A stretch of DNA of 64,000 nucleotides from an uncultured Methyloversatilis sp. (GTDB lineage Bacteria > Pseudomonadota > Gammaproteobacteria > Burkholderiales > Rhodocyclaceae), in contig CAZOMI010000001.1 in the NCBI GenBank assembly GCA_964580925.1, positions 48 to 64,047 of the forward strand. Direction: 5' to 3'. The notes under the pieces are model-generated. The model was not told where the DNA came from. It worked only from the letters and a program-made list of their open reading frames with translations, and did no database searches. Of the stretch, positions 20,189-33,109 are shown piece by piece. Position numbers and translations under genes: made by a program. Position 1 is the first letter of the stretch. The number at the start of each line of letters is the position of its first letter.

Positions 20189-21381
20189 CTTACGAACGAG
20201 CACTTGAACAACTGCTGGCGGCCGCCGTGCCCGTCAAGAAAATCGAAACTGTCAGCCTCGGCGAGGCGCGCGGGCGCATTCTCGCCAAGACACAAATCTC
20301 GGCCATCGCCGTGCCGCCGCTCGACAACAGCGCGATGGATGGCTACGCCGTGCGCTGCGCCGATGTCGCCACAACGGGCGTCAGCCTGCCCATCGAGCAG
20401 CGCATCCCGGCCGGCAAAGTTGGCCATGCCCTGCTGCCCGGCACGGCAGCACGAATTTTTACCGGTGCGCCGATCCCGCCGGGTGCGGATACCGTGGTAA
20501 TCCAGGAGCACTGCATTCTCGATGACCAGGACAGGGTTGTCGTCAACCAGGTGCCGACACCGGGCAACCACATCCGGCGCGCCGGGGAAGACATCGCACC
20601 GGGTGCGAAAGTCCTGTCAGCCGGCACACGGCTGGGGCCGGCCGAACTCGGCGTGGCGGCCTCGGTCGGCCTGGCGCAGTTGCCGGTGCGACGGCGCATG
20701 CGGGTCGCCCTGCTGTCGACCGGCGACGAATTGATCGAGCCGGGTGAGCCGCTACCACCGGGTGCCATCTACAACTCCAACCGCCCCATGCTGCAAGCCC
20801 TGCTGGAAGGCCTGGGCTGCGTGGTCACGGATCTCGGCCGGATTCCCGACAATCTGGCGGCAACGCGCCAGGCTTTGCAAACCGCCGCCAAGGGCCATGA
20901 CCTGATCCTGTCGACCGGCGGCGTCTCGGTCGGCGAGGAAGATCACGTCAAGACCGCTGTCGAGGCCGAAGGCGAACTGGCGCTGTGGAAGATCGGCATC
21001 AAGCCGGGCAAACCGCTGGCGTTTGGCAAAGTCGGCGCTGGCAGCACGGCATTCATCGGCCTGCCGGGCAATCCGGTCTCCGGCTTTGTCACCTTCATGA
21101 TGATGGTGCGGCCGTATATCCTCAGATGCATGGGCGCACAGCACTGCCAGCCCGTGGAACGCCAACTGGTGTCGGCGTCCGACTGGTTGCGGCCGGATAT
21201 GCGGCGCGAATTCCTGCGCGCCCGTATCACCGCGGATGGCCGCGCCGAACTGCATCCCAACCAGGGCTCCGGTGTGCTGACCTCCTGCGTCTGGGCCGAC
21301 GGCCTGATCGACAACCCGCCGCGCAAGTCGTTCCTGGCCGGCGATACCGTGCGCTTCCTGTCTTTTGCCAGCCTGTCATGA
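20182..21381 (+). CDS. moeA: Molybdopterin molybdotransferase
   Basis: DNSAMDGYA, IFTGAP, STGDEL, TGGVSVG, KPGKP, GLPGNPVS. Confidence 0.97.
   Translation: MLTYERALEQLLAAAVPVKKIETVSLGEARGRILAKTQISAIAVPPLDNSAMDGYAVRCADVATTGVSLPIEQRIPAGKVGHALLPGTAARIFTGAPIPPGADTVVIQEHCILDDQDRVVVNQVPTPGNHIRRAGEDIAPGAKVLSAGTRLGPAELGVAASVGLAQLPVRRRMRVALLSTGDELIEPGEPLPPGAIYNSNRPMLQALLEGLGCVVTDLGRIPDNLAATRQALQTAAKGHDLILSTGGVSVGEEDHVKTAVEAEGELALWKIGIKPGKPLAFGKVGAGSTAFIGLPGNPVSGFVTFMMMVRPYILRCMGAQHCQPVERQLVSASDWLRPDMRREFLRARITADGRAELHPNQGSGVLTSCVWADGLIDNPPRKSFLAGDTVRFLSFASLS
21028..21051 (+). repeat. Motif A copy in moeA
   Basis: AAAGTCGGCGCTGGCAGCACGGCA; KVGAGSTA. Confidence 0.75.
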
Positions 21382-21632
21382 CACTCAACATCCTCTATTT
21401 CGCCGGCCTCCGCGAGGCCATCGGCACCGGCAAGGAAAGTCTCGAACTGCCCGCCGGCACAAGCACGGCAGGCGCTTTGCGCGAGCATCTGGCGCGGCTT
21501 GACGAGCAGCATGGCGTGCTGCTGACCACGAAAAATCTGCGCGTTGCCATCAACCAGAAAATGCTCGGCATGGATGCAGCCATTGCCGATGGCGACGAGA
21601 TCGCCTTTTTCCCGCCCGTGACGGGAGGCTGA
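21378..21632 (+). CDS. moaD: Molybdopterin synthase sulfur carrier subunit
   Basis: LYFAGLRE, C-terminal FFPPVTGG. Confidence 0.96.
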   Translation: MTLNILYFAGLREAIGTGKESLELPAGTSTAGALREHLARLDEQHGVLLTTKNLRVAINQKMLGMDAAIADGDEIAFFPPVTGG

Positions 21633-21639
21633 GAAACCG

Positions 21640-22134
21640 ATGACAATCAGTGTCCAGGAAGCCGACTTCGACCCGGGTGCCGAGATCGCCGCACTGACGA
21701 ACGAAGACCCCATGGCCGGCGCTGTGGCCAGCTTCGTCGGGCTGGTGCGGGCCGACAAACTGGTAGGGCAAAAAGTCGGCGTGACCGAAGGGAATCCCCT
21801 TTTCGGGTCTGGCGTGACGGCGATGACGCTGGAACACTATCCCGGCATGACCGAACAGGCACTGGCTGACATCGTTGCTGTTGCACAGAAACGCTGGAAA
21901 CTGCGCGCGGTGCGCGTCATTCATCGCGTCGGCCGCCTGCTGCCGGGCGAGCGCATCGTCTTTGTCGGGGTTGCTTCCGCGCATCGCGGCGACGCCTTCG
22001 CCGCCTGCGAATTCATCATGGACTATTTGAAGACCCAGGCGCCATTCTGGAAAAAGGAAGAAACCGCAGCGGGAACCCGCTGGGTCGATGCGCGCGAGAC
22101 GGACGACCATGCCGTCAAGCGTTGGCTGGATTAG
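21640..22134 (+). CDS. moaE: Molybdopterin synthase catalytic subunit
   Basis: GAVASFVGLVR, LEHYPGM, HRVG, MDYLKTQAPFWKKE. Confidence 0.96.
   Translation: MTISVQEADFDPGAEIAALTNEDPMAGAVASFVGLVRADKLVGQKVGVTEGNPLFGSGVTAMTLEHYPGMTEQALADIVAVAQKRWKLRAVRVIHRVGRLLPGERIVFVGVASAHRGDAFAACEFIMDYLKTQAPFWKKEETAAGTRWVDARETDDHAVKRWLD
21772..21822 (+). repeat. Motif A with 27-bp hairpin insert (moaE)
   Basis: AAAGTCGGCG[TGACCGAAGGGAATCCCCTTTTCGGGT]CTGGCGTGACGGCG. Confidence 0.85.
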
Positions 22135-22137
22135 CTT

Positions 22138-22230
22138 CGTCATACCGGCGCAAGCCGGTATCCAGAAATTGAATTGCCATGCGCAGCGGAGTTTTTACGC
22201 CGCTGGATTCCGGCTTGCGCCGGAATGACG
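22138..22230. repeat. CGTC-type palindromic repeat pair between convergent genes
   Basis: CGTCATACCGGCGCAAGCCGGTATCCAG ... CTGGATTCCGGCTTGCGCCGGAATGACG. Confidence 0.9.
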
Positions 22231-22267
22231 GTTTTTTCAGCGAACGGGCAATCCGGGCTGCAGCGGC

Positions 22268-22783
22268 TTACTTTTTCTTTGCAGCGCTTTTCGCCGCCGG
22301 ACCGGGCATGCCGCCGAAGGCAGCGGCCGAGGCCTGGGCGATCTGTTCGAAGGCGCTGTTGGCCGTCGCCATGGACTGCTGCATGACTTCCATGAAGTTC
22401 GTGTTCTGCCCGGGCATTGACTTGAAAAATCCCTGGAAGGCGTCAACCATTTCCTGATTGCCGGAAGCCAGTTGCTCGGTGAGCATGCGGGTGAATTCCG
22501 CGCGGGCTTCGTTGCCGATTTCGGCAACCTTTTTGGCCGCCTCCATCATCTGCTGGGCGGTTTCCTGAGCGTACCGGGTACGCAACTGCACGACCTGCTG
22601 GGGATCCTTGGCGCTGGTCAGGGCGCGTGCGTTGTCTACACCCTGCTGGAACAACTCGCGCGCCAGTTCGTTCTGCAGCGCCATCACGCGTTGTGAATTT
22701 TCGATGGACATCTGCGCCAGCCGCATGGCGGCTTCCATGTTCCTGCGATTGAGGTCACTGAAATTTTCGCTTTTACCGGCCAT
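22268..22783 (-). CDS. Phasin family protein
   Basis: Helical Ala/Gln-rich, L..AKDPQQ...L pattern, Lys/Ala tail. Confidence 0.8.
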   Translation of the reverse strand: MAGKSENFSDLNRRNMEAAMRLAQMSIENSQRVMALQNELARELFQQGVDNARALTSAKDPQQVVQLRTRYAQETAQQMMEAAKKVAEIGNEARAEFTRMLTEQLASGNQEMVDAFQGFFKSMPGQNTNFMEVMQQSMATANSAFEQIAQASAAAFGGMPGPAAKSAAKKK

Positions 22784-22894
22784 GATTCGCTCCTTTATTG
22801 GTGACTCACTAATAAGATCAATGTAGCACGGCCGGCTGACATTGACCTGACTGGAATCAAGAATTCATAAATATTCAGCGACTTGGACAACCAT

Positions 22895-24532
22895 CTATGC
22901 CATCAGCGAGTGTTGCAGGCCCATCAGCCCGTTGCCAAAAATGCGCGCATCCATGAGTACCGGGGCCGTGTGCATGATCGGGTGAAAACCCATGTGGGCC
23001 AGGATGTCGCGCTCGAGGTCGATGCCGGGCGCGATTTCGGTCAGCTCCAGGCCCTCCGGCCCGAGGCGAAACACACAGCGCTCTGTAATGTAAAGCGCCG
23101 GTTGCTCGCGCTTCCTGGCTTCACTGCCGCTGAAGGCGCGTATTTCAACCTCTTCAACGAATTTCTGCGTATGTCCTTCCTGCAGGATGCGCAGCTGACC
23201 GTCTTCGATGGCGACCTCCAGGCCGCCAGCGGTGAAGGTGCCGAGGAACGCCACCTTGTGGGCATTTTGCGAAATGTTGATGAAGCCTCCCGCACCGGCC
23301 ATGCGCTTGCCAAACTTGATGACATTTAGGTTGCCGGCACGGTCGGCCTGCGCCAGGCCGAGGAAGGCAATATCGAGCCCGCCGCCATCGTAAAAGTCGA
23401 ACTGGCTGGGCTGGTCGATGATCGCCGCGGTGTTGGTGGCGGCACCGAAGTTGAGGCCGCCGGCCGGAATGCCCCCAACCACGCCGGGCTCGGCCGTCAT
23501 GGTCATCTGGTCGAGCACGCCCTCCTCGGTGGCGACGGCGGCGACCCCTTCCGGGATGCCGATGCCGAGATTCACCACCGCATGCGCAGTCAGTTCCAGC
23601 GCCGCGCGGCGGGCAATGATCTTGCGCTCGTCCATCGGAATGGCCGGAATGCCTGAAAGCGGCACCCTGATTTCGCCGGAAAAGGCCGGACTGTATTGCT
23701 CGATGAAGGTCTGCATGTGGTATTCGGGCTTCTCGGCGACGACCACGCAATCGACCAGGATGCCGGGGATCTTCACCTGGCGCGGGGGCAGCGAGCCGCT
23801 CGCGGCGACCCGCTCGACCTGGGCGATGACGATGCCGCCCGAGTTGTGCGCCGCCATGGCGATGGCCTGCGCTTCGAGGGTCAGTGCCTCCTTTTCCATG
23901 GAAATATTGCCATCCGGGTCGGCCGTGGTGCCGCGGATGATGCCGACATGGATGGGGAAGGCCTTGTAAAACAGGTATTCCTGGCCGTCGATCTCCATCA
24001 ACCGCACGATGTCCTCGGTGGTGCGCGGATTGAGCTTGCCGCCGCCAAAGCGCGGATCGACAAAGGTGCCCAGGCCGACATGGGTCAGGGTACCGGGCTT
24101 GCCGGCGGCAATATCGCGAAACAGGTGGGTGATGACGCCCTGCGGCAGGTTCCAGGCTTCGATGCGGTTTTCCACCGCCAGCGCCTGCACGCGTGGCACC
24201 AGACCCCAGTGGCCGCCGATGACACGCTTGATCAGGCCTTCATAGCCCAGATGGTTGAGTCCGCGGTCCTTGCCATCGCCCTGCCCGGCAGCATAAACCA
24301 GGGTGAGGTTGCGCGGATGACCATAGGCTTGCGGCGGCAGGTCGCGGGTTTCGAGAAACAACTCCTCCAGAGTGACCGCAATCTGTTCGGGAAAGCCGAT
24401 GCCGACAAAACCGCCGGTCGCGATCGTATCGCCGTCCCGGATCAATTCCACCGCCGCGCGCGCACTGACGACCTTGCCGCTGGCCTTGCCACGCAAGGCC
24501 GCCAGCGCTGGATGAATTGTTCTGGTTACCAT
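22895..24532 (-). CDS. Acyl-CoA:acetate/propionate CoA-transferase (YdiF/Pct family)
   Basis: [50 protein letters not shown]. Confidence 0.92.
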   Translation of the reverse strand: MVTRTIHPALAALRGKASGKVVSARAAVELIRDGDTIATGGFVGIGFPEQIAVTLEELFLETRDLPPQAYGHPRNLTLVYAAGQGDGKDRGLNHLGYEGLIKRVIGGHWGLVPRVQALAVENRIEAWNLPQGVITHLFRDIAAGKPGTLTHVGLGTFVDPRFGGGKLNPRTTEDIVRLMEIDGQEYLFYKAFPIHVGIIRGTTADPDGNISMEKEALTLEAQAIAMAAHNSGGIVIAQVERVAASGSLPPRQVKIPGILVDCVVVAEKPEYHMQTFIEQYSPAFSGEIRVPLSGIPAIPMDERKIIARRAALELTAHAVVNLGIGIPEGVAAVATEEGVLDQMTMTAEPGVVGGIPAGGLNFGAATNTAAIIDQPSQFDFYDGGGLDIAFLGLAQADRAGNLNVIKFGKRMAGAGGFINISQNAHKVAFLGTFTAGGLEVAIEDGQLRILQEGHTQKFVEEVEIRAFSGSEARKREQPALYITERCVFRLGPEGLELTEIAPGIDLERDILAHMGFHPIMHTAPVLMDARIFGNGLMGLQHSLMA

Positions 24533-24677
24533 TCCCACCCCCTTTTATATAGTGCCGATTATCTCCCGGACGGCGCGCTGGTAGTTATATGGAAACAGCA
24601 ACATTTGCGGCACCGTTCCTCCGGCAAAGCAGGGATGGCGGATTTAGCGATTGTTTTACCTTGGCTGGCTGCTAGAG

Positions 24678-24704
24678 TTGAAAACGGCCATCCAGTCCCA
24701 ACGT
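24678..24704 (+). promoter_or_regulatory. Putative sigma-32 promoter of clpB
   Basis: TTGAAA-N13-CCCAACGT. Confidence 0.5.
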
Positions 24705-24739
24705 TGGCAGTAACGTTATTAAGCATTGAGGACTTCGTC

Positions 24740-27318
<2,579 letters not shown>

Positions 27319-27322
<4 letters not shown>

Positions 27323-27360
27323 AATGACCAGGGTTTCGGTCTAGTATAACGTCTGTTATA
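27319..27360 (+). promoter_or_regulatory. Promoter/operator of abrB-doc
   Basis: TTGAAA-N17-TAGTAT overlapping the palindrome TATAAC-GTCT-GTTATA. Confidence 0.6.
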
Positions 27361-27378
27361 ACTGTCACCGGAGCCGCC

Positions 27379-27603
27379 ATGCACGTTCTCAAACTCACCC
27401 AGATCGGCAATTCGATAGGTGTGATCCTGCCCAAGGAGGTTCTCGCCAATTTGAAGCTGGGAAAAGGCGAGTCGCTTTTTCTGACCGAAACGCCCGAGGG
27501 TTATGTGGTTACGCCCTACGATCCGGCGCTGGATGAGCAGATGGCGGCCGGTCGTGAATTCATGCGCGAGTTCCGCGACACCTTTCACGCACTCGCCAAA
27601 TGA
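27379..27603 (+). CDS. AbrB/MazE-family antitoxin
   Basis: LKLTQIGNSIGVILPKE. Confidence 0.88.
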   Translation: MHVLKLTQIGNSIGVILPKEVLANLKLGKGESLFLTETPEGYVVTPYDPALDEQMAAGREFMREFRDTFHALAK

Positions 27604-27983
27604 ACTGGCGCTGGATCGACAAGCAGGCGCTGTTGCTCCTGCATGGAGAGAGCGTTGCAGAACATGGCGGTGCCACCGGCATGCGCGATGCCGGCCTGCT
27701 TGATTCTGCATTGGCTCGCGCTGCCAATCTGGCGGCTTACGGCGACCCGGATATTGCGGCGCTGGCGGCCACTTATGGCTATGGCATCGCACGCAATCAC
27801 CCTTTCGTCGATGGCAACAAGCGCGCCGCATTTCTTTCGGTCGGCCTGTTCCTGGCGCTGAATGGTTATCGGCTGGTTACCTCGCAGGCGGAAGCGACTG
27901 TCGTGATATTCGCGCTCGCCGCCGGCGAAATCGACGAAGCCGAATTCGCCGCCTGGCTGCGCGAGCACGTCATGTCCCGCTGA
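27600..27983 (+). CDS. doc: Death-on-curing (Doc/Fic) toxin
   Basis: HGG..GMRD.GLL.SAL.R, HPFVDGNKR. Confidence 0.92.
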   Translation: MNWRWIDKQALLLLHGESVAEHGGATGMRDAGLLDSALARAANLAAYGDPDIAALAATYGYGIARNHPFVDGNKRAAFLSVGLFLALNGYRLVTSQAEATVVIFALAAGEIDEAEFAAWLREHVMSR

Positions 27984-28554
27984 GTTCAGCATGGCGCGGG
28001 CAAGTGACGAGATGATCGTTCACCATGCCCGTCGCCTGCATGTGCGAATAAATCACCGTCGGGCCGACAAAACGGAAACCGCGCTGCTTCAACTCCTTCG
28101 CTAGCGCCTCGGCCGTCGGCGTGTGCGCCGGCACCTCGTCAAGCCGCTGCCAGCGGTTGATGACCGGCTGATAATCGACGAACTGCCAGAGCAGCGCATC
28201 GAGACTTGAACCGGCGTCGTACAGCGCCAGCGTGGCGCGGGCATTGGCGATGGCAGCGGCGATTTTCAGGCGGTTTCTGACAATGCCGGCATCGCCGAGC
28301 AGACGCGCCAGATCGGCCTGGTCGTAACGGGCGATCTTCCGCGCATCGAAACCATCGAAGGCCCGCCGATAATTCTCGCGCTTCCTCAGGATGGTGATCC
28401 ACGACAACCCTGCCTGCGCGCCTTCGAGAATCAGGAACTCGAACAGCGTGCGTTCGTCATGGCAAGGCACGCCCCACTCATTGTCGTGGTAGGTGATATA
28501 CAAATCGTCGCCAATGCACCACGGGCAGCGGTTATCGTTGCCAGGTTGTTTCAT
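27970..28554 (-). CDS. tag: DNA-3-methyladenine glycosylase I
   Basis: RCPW, YHDNEWG, LEGAQAGLSW, FVGPT, GMVNDH. Confidence 0.96.
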   Translation of the reverse strand: MKQPGNDNRCPWCIGDDLYITYHDNEWGVPCHDERTLFEFLILEGAQAGLSWITILRKRENYRRAFDGFDARKIARYDQADLARLLGDAGIVRNRLKIAAAIANARATLALYDAGSSLDALLWQFVDYQPVINRWQRLDEVPAHTPTAEALAKELKQRGFRFVGPTVIYSHMQATGMVNDHLVTCPRHAELSGT

Positions 28555-28720
28555 GGTGGGTCATTGGTGGGTCATGTAGGCCGTGCGTTCCAGTTCATGA
28601 TACCCGCCGGATGGCCTCTGTGCCGATCAATAACGGCGAACCGGTGTATGCGCTGTCAGTTCTCTACTCCGCGCTCGCGAAAGGAAAATGCAGCGACAAG
28701 GCGATCATCTTCCGAAGTTC

Positions 28721-28740
28721 AGCAGGAAGGACTTCCTGCT
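28721..28740. terminator. Hairpin downstream of higA-like gene
   Basis: AGCAGGAAG-GA-CTTCCTGCT. Confidence 0.35.
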
Positions 28741-28761
28741 CACTTTTCGGTTTGCGGTTCA

Positions 28762-29127
28762 TCACGCCGCCGCTAACTCCCTGCCGGGCTTCTTCGCTCC
28801 AGCCTGCGCGACGCGCGCATGAACAGCCTTCACCCTCGGAGCAGGCTTGATCGTCAGGCCGACACGCATGCCCGCCCGGGTCGCCATGTTCACCAGCGCG
28901 TCCAGGCTGAATTCGTTGATCTTCCCCTTGAGCAGTTGATTGAGGCGCGGCTGAGTCACGCCCAAGGCTTTCGCTGCCTGCGCCTGCGTCAGGCCGCTTG
29001 CCTCGTACCACTGCGCGACCGCCATCATGGATTGCGAGCGCAGTTGCAGGTTCTGCGCCTCTTCGGCAGAAAAACCCAGGTCGGCAAATACGTTGCCGCT
29101 GCTCTTGGTCATCGTCAGTCCGCTCAT
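28762..29127 (-). CDS. XRE/HigA-type antitoxin
   Basis: SSGNVFADLG, LTQAQAAKALGVTQPRLN, FSLDAL. Confidence 0.88.
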   Translation of the reverse strand: MSGLTMTKSSGNVFADLGFSAEEAQNLQLRSQSMMAVAQWYEASGLTQAQAAKALGVTQPRLNQLLKGKINEFSLDALVNMATRAGMRVGLTIKPAPRVKAVHARVAQAGAKKPGRELAAA

Positions 29128-29468
29128 TTCCTCTTCCTTTCATTCACCAGTTGCCGGTAGCGCACATTCGCCAGATCGATATCCGCCTTCGCCGTCCGCT
29201 GCGTTTTCTTCTCGAATGCATGCGGGACATGGATGGCCTCGGCGAACTTGGCGACGTACAGCACACGGTAAGCCTTTTCCACTCTGATGCGTATTTCCTT
29301 GACGCCGGCACCTACCGTTTCCATCGGCTTCCAGTCGGAGGGCTCTCGCCCTTCCTGCACTTGGCTGAGTTCGTGACCCGCTTCCTTCTTGGCTTCCAGG
29401 GAGAAAGCCTTGACGGCCTCCAGGCTGCCGCCTAGCCATGTCAGCGGTTTCTGGTGCGCCTTGGTCAT
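29124..29468 (-). CDS. RelE/HigB (gp49-like) toxin
   Basis: KPLTWLGGS, AGHEL..VQ.G, GVKEIR, YRVLYVA, HAFEKKT. Confidence 0.9.
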   Translation of the reverse strand: MTKAHQKPLTWLGGSLEAVKAFSLEAKKEAGHELSQVQEGREPSDWKPMETVGAGVKEIRIRVEKAYRVLYVAKFAEAIHVPHAFEKKTQRTAKADIDLANVRYRQLVNERKRK

Positions 29469-29750
29469 GGACACAGATTATTCTTGTTTCAGTATAAAAG
29501 CAAGATAGAAAACCCCGGCCAAAGCCGGGGAAGGCCCGGAGATTGACGGCTACCGCCAGCCGCAGATCATGCGCGTGCTCAGGGTCATGGAAAAACTTCC
29601 AGCACCAGATCAAGGGCGCGTGACAACGTGGTCGATGCCTTTTCTCTGCCGGCCGGCAACGATTGCCCAGACGGCAAGCACTGCGGCGAACAAGAAGTGG
29701 CAAGCTGATATAACTTCCCTGCCCGTGCAACTGCGACTGGAGTTCGGCGA

Positions 29751-30200
29751 ATGAGCCTTCAAAAACGCAAGGAATGCCAAAACGTCATCAGCACCAAGTC
29801 GAGTGCCTGTCCGCACTGCGGCGCGCGCCGCACCACGCGCGCCACATGGCTGGGGTTGGTTGCCATCCTGCTTTTTGTTGGCGGAATCATCAATGTGCAA
29901 GACAAGCGCCAAGCCGAAGCGGCCAGTGCGTCCGAGCCAAGCGCCGACAGCCTCGCGCGCAAAGCGGCGATCAGTTCATGTCGACATGACATCAAGGCAC
30001 AACTGCACGATCCTGCCAGCGCCGAGTTCGACACCGAGGCGGAAGCCCACGTCTACCGGGATGGCGACATCTTCACGGCGCGGCGATCCGTGCGCGCGAA
30101 AAACGCCTTCAACGCCACACGCCTGACCATCTTTGAGTGCAAGTATCGGCTGGACGGCCGCAAGCTGATACTGCTTTCCGTCGCGCAACTCCAGCCATAA
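29751..30200 (+). CDS. Hypothetical membrane-anchored protein with degenerate zinc ribbon
   Basis: RKEC...CPHCG, one TM helix, LHDPASAEF...VRAKNAFNA. Confidence 0.7.
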   Translation: MSLQKRKECQNVISTKSSACPHCGARRTTRATWLGLVAILLFVGGIINVQDKRQAEAASASEPSADSLARKAAISSCRHDIKAQLHDPASAEFDTEAEAHVYRDGDIFTARRSVRAKNAFNATRLTIFECKYRLDGRKLILLSVAQLQP

Positions 30201-30252
30201 GCATGCGCACCAAGCAATTCAGGATCGTTCATAGAATTTCTACAAGTTAAGG

Positions 30253-30276
30253 CGCCGTCCCGCCAGCGCCGACTTT
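30253..30276 (-). repeat. Motif A copy abutting the pat stop codon
   Basis: CGCCGTCCCGCCAGCGCCGACTTT. Confidence 0.85.
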
Positions 30277-32966
30277 CAGTTCAGCGCCAGCACGCCGCGC
30301 TTGAGGCCCGGGTCTTCGGGGTGCGGCGAAAGCACGAAGCCGAGGCCGGAAACAAATTTGATCATGCGGCGGTTTTCGGCGAGGAAGTCGCCGTTCATGA
30401 ACTTGATGCCGCGCGAGCGGGCGGTGTCGATGATCACGCCCATCAGCCGGCGCGCCAGTCCCTTGCCCTGCCAGTCGTCGGCGACGACCACGGCAAATTC
30501 GCAGGACTCGCCATCCGGGTTCATGGCATAGCGTGCCACGCCGACTTCAATCTGACGTCCATCGACCTCGGTCAAGGCGACGAAAGCCATTTCACGGTCG
30601 TAGTCGATCTGTGTCAGACGCACCAACTGAGCCTGCGACAGTTCGCGCAGGGTGTTCATGAAACGGAAATACTTGGTTTCGGCCGACAGGTTCTTGACGA
30701 ATTCCTGCTCCAGGTCGCCATCTTCCGGGCTGATCGGGCGGATCACGACATTGCGGCCGTCCTTGGTCTGGTATTCCGTGACCAGATGGGATGGATAGGG
30801 GTGGATCACCATGTGATCGTAGCGTCCGGCGGTCAGTGACAAATTGTCGATGACGACGCGGGCATCGACGGCGACAGCACCATTCTCGTCAACAATCAGC
30901 GGATTGATGTCCAGTTCCTGAATCCAGGGCAGTTCGCAGACCATTTCCGAAACCCGCAACAGCACGGCTTCCAGTGCCTCCATGCTGACCGGCGGCATGT
31001 TGCGGAATTCGCCGAGCCGTGCCGAGGTGCGGGTGGATGCCAGCATGTCGGCAACCAGGAAGCGGTTGAGCGGCGGCAGGGCAACGGCGCGGTCCCTGCC
31101 GCAGGCCTCGACACCGGCCCCGCCGGGGCCGAAGATGACGGTCGGACCGAAAATCGGGTCCTTGGTCATGCCGACCATCAGTTCCCGTCCATTGGTCTTC
31201 TGGATCATCGGTTCGATGGCGATGCCATGGACCACGGCATCCGGCCGGTTTTTCTTTACTTCATCGATGATCTGGTTATAGGCATCACGCACAGCGGCCA
31301 GCGCATTGAGATTGAGGCGCACTCCGCCAGAATCCAGTTTATGGGTGATCTGCGGCGAATCGATTTTCATCACCACCGGCAAGCCCATTTCCTCGGCCAG
31401 GACCATCGCCTCGGAAGGCGAGCGTGCCACCACCGTCTGGGCGATGGGAATGCGGAAGGCTGCCAGCAAGGCCTTCGATTCCATTTCGTTGAGCGTCTTG
31501 CGGCCTTCGGCGAGGGCCGATTCGATCACCAGACGCGCCGATTCCAGGCGTGGCGGCGTGTGATCGGAAATCGACGCCGGCGCCTGCATCAGCAATTGCT
31601 GGTTGCGATAGTAGTTGGAGATGTGCGAGAACAGTTCGACCGCGGGGTCCGTGGTGCGGAAGGTGGGAATGCCGGCGCCGCGAAACAGCAGCCTGGCCTC
31701 CTTGACCTGCTCCTCGCCCATCCAGCAGGTAACCAGCGGTTTGTCGGTTTTCTTCGCCACCTCGATGACGGTGCGGGCGGTCTGCGTCGGATCAGCCATT
31801 GCCTGTGGTGCAAGGATCGCCAGTACGCCATCGACCCCGTCGTCTTCCAGGCAGGCGGTGATCGCGGTGGCGTAGCGCGCCGGATCGGCATCGCCGACCA
31901 GGTCGATCGGATTGGCTTTCGACCAGGTTGGCGGCAGGGCCTCGTTCAGGTGCTTGAGGGTAACCTCGGACATTCCGGCCAGCGGAATGCCGATGTCTGC
32001 GGCATGGTCGGCCGCCAGCACGCCGATCCCGCCGCCGTTGGTGACGATCATCAGGCGATTGCCGCGCGGACGAAAATGCGAGAACAGCGCCTGGGCGGCG
32101 GCAAACATCTGGCCGACATTGCCGAGGCGCACCACGCCCGCGCGCCGCAGTGCCGCGTCGAACACGTCGTCGGAACCGAGCAGGGCGCCACTATGCGATA
32201 GCGCCGCCTGCTTGCCGGCGGGATTGCGCCCGCCCTTGATCAGCAGCACCGGCTTGCAGCGCGCGGCGGCGCGCAGCGCACTCATGAATCGCCGCGCGTT
32301 CTTGATGCCCTCGATGTACAGAAAGATATTCTCGGTACGCGGATCGGCGACCATGTAGTCGAGCACTTCGCCAAAGTCGACATCACTCTCGGCCCCCAGC
32401 GATACAACGTTGGAAAAACCGACATTATTGGGCAGCGCCCAGTCGAGAATCGCCGTGCAGAGCGCGCCGGACTGGGAAATCAGGCCGACCGTGCCGGGAT
32501 TCGCGCTGCTGTGGGTATAGGTGACATTCACGCAACTGCCGGGACGGATCAAACCCAGGCAGTTGGGACCGAGCAGGCGCACATTGTGCCGCCGCGCACT
32601 TTCCAGCATGGCGCGGGCCAGGCTGGCGCCACGCGGACCCATCTCGGCAAAACCACCCGAGATGATGATGGCGTTGCGAGTGCCGGCGCGACCACAGGCA
32701 TCGATGATCTCCGGCACCGTTTCGGCCCTGGTGCAGACCACCGCCAAGTCGAGCCGCTGTGGAATATCCTCGACCGAAGCGTAGGCTTCCATGCCAAACA
32801 CTTTATTGTGGCGCGGATTGACGAGGAACAGGCGCCCCGGAAAGCCGTCATCAATGACATTGCGCACCATGGTGCTGCCAATCGAACCCGCCGTCTCGGA
32901 AGCACCGATGATGGCGATGGATTTGGGCTCGAAGAGAGAGGTCAGATAATGCTGTTCGTAGTTCAT
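30276..32966 (-). CDS. Acetate-CoA ligase-like/GNAT protein lysine acetyltransferase (Pat/PatZ family)
   Basis: CoA-binding GPNCLG, SQSGA, ATP-grasp ELDINPL, C-terminal GNAT WQGKGLA. Confidence 0.92.
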   Translation of the reverse strand: MNYEQHYLTSLFEPKSIAIIGASETAGSIGSTMVRNVIDDGFPGRLFLVNPRHNKVFGMEAYASVEDIPQRLDLAVVCTRAETVPEIIDACGRAGTRNAIIISGGFAEMGPRGASLARAMLESARRHNVRLLGPNCLGLIRPGSCVNVTYTHSSANPGTVGLISQSGALCTAILDWALPNNVGFSNVVSLGAESDVDFGEVLDYMVADPRTENIFLYIEGIKNARRFMSALRAAARCKPVLLIKGGRNPAGKQAALSHSGALLGSDDVFDAALRRAGVVRLGNVGQMFAAAQALFSHFRPRGNRLMIVTNGGGIGVLAADHAADIGIPLAGMSEVTLKHLNEALPPTWSKANPIDLVGDADPARYATAITACLEDDGVDGVLAILAPQAMADPTQTARTVIEVAKKTDKPLVTCWMGEEQVKEARLLFRGAGIPTFRTTDPAVELFSHISNYYRNQQLLMQAPASISDHTPPRLESARLVIESALAEGRKTLNEMESKALLAAFRIPIAQTVVARSPSEAMVLAEEMGLPVVMKIDSPQITHKLDSGGVRLNLNALAAVRDAYNQIIDEVKKNRPDAVVHGIAIEPMIQKTNGRELMVGMTKDPIFGPTVIFGPGGAGVEACGRDRAVALPPLNRFLVADMLASTRTSARLGEFRNMPPVSMEALEAVLLRVSEMVCELPWIQELDINPLIVDENGAVAVDARVVIDNLSLTAGRYDHMVIHPYPSHLVTEYQTKDGRNVVIRPISPEDGDLEQEFVKNLSAETKYFRFMNTLRELSQAQLVRLTQIDYDREMAFVALTEVDGRQIEVGVARYAMNPDGESCEFAVVVADDWQGKGLARRLMGVIIDTARSRGIKFMNGDFLAENRRMIKFVSGLGFVLSPHPEDPGLKRGVLALN

Positions 32967-33109
32967 TGGTTTGCCGCAATACCTCGTGGGCTTGCGGTGA
33001 TGCTGCGACGCAGCATAGGATACTCACCAACCTGATGTTTAGCAACAATTCCGGGCATTCCTGCCCAGCTACTAGTATAACAATAGGCAAATTTGCAACA
33101 GGAACCAAC

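Noticed and set aside
23696-24739. 1208-aa ORF suggesting an N-terminally extended ClpB
   Set aside because: The extension is the antisense shadow of the CoA-transferase. The canonical start MRFDKF with SD GAGG is at 24740.
28551-28575. Short tandem duplication upstream of tag (TCATGGTGGG/TCATTGGTGGG)
   Set aside because: Only two units, probably a slippage duplication with no evident function.
32889-32912. Weak motif A-like matches in pat (CGCCGTCTCGGAAGCACCGATGAT) and tig (AAAGTCGGCA at 3681)
   Set aside because: Too many mismatches and explainable by conserved protein sequence; not counted.
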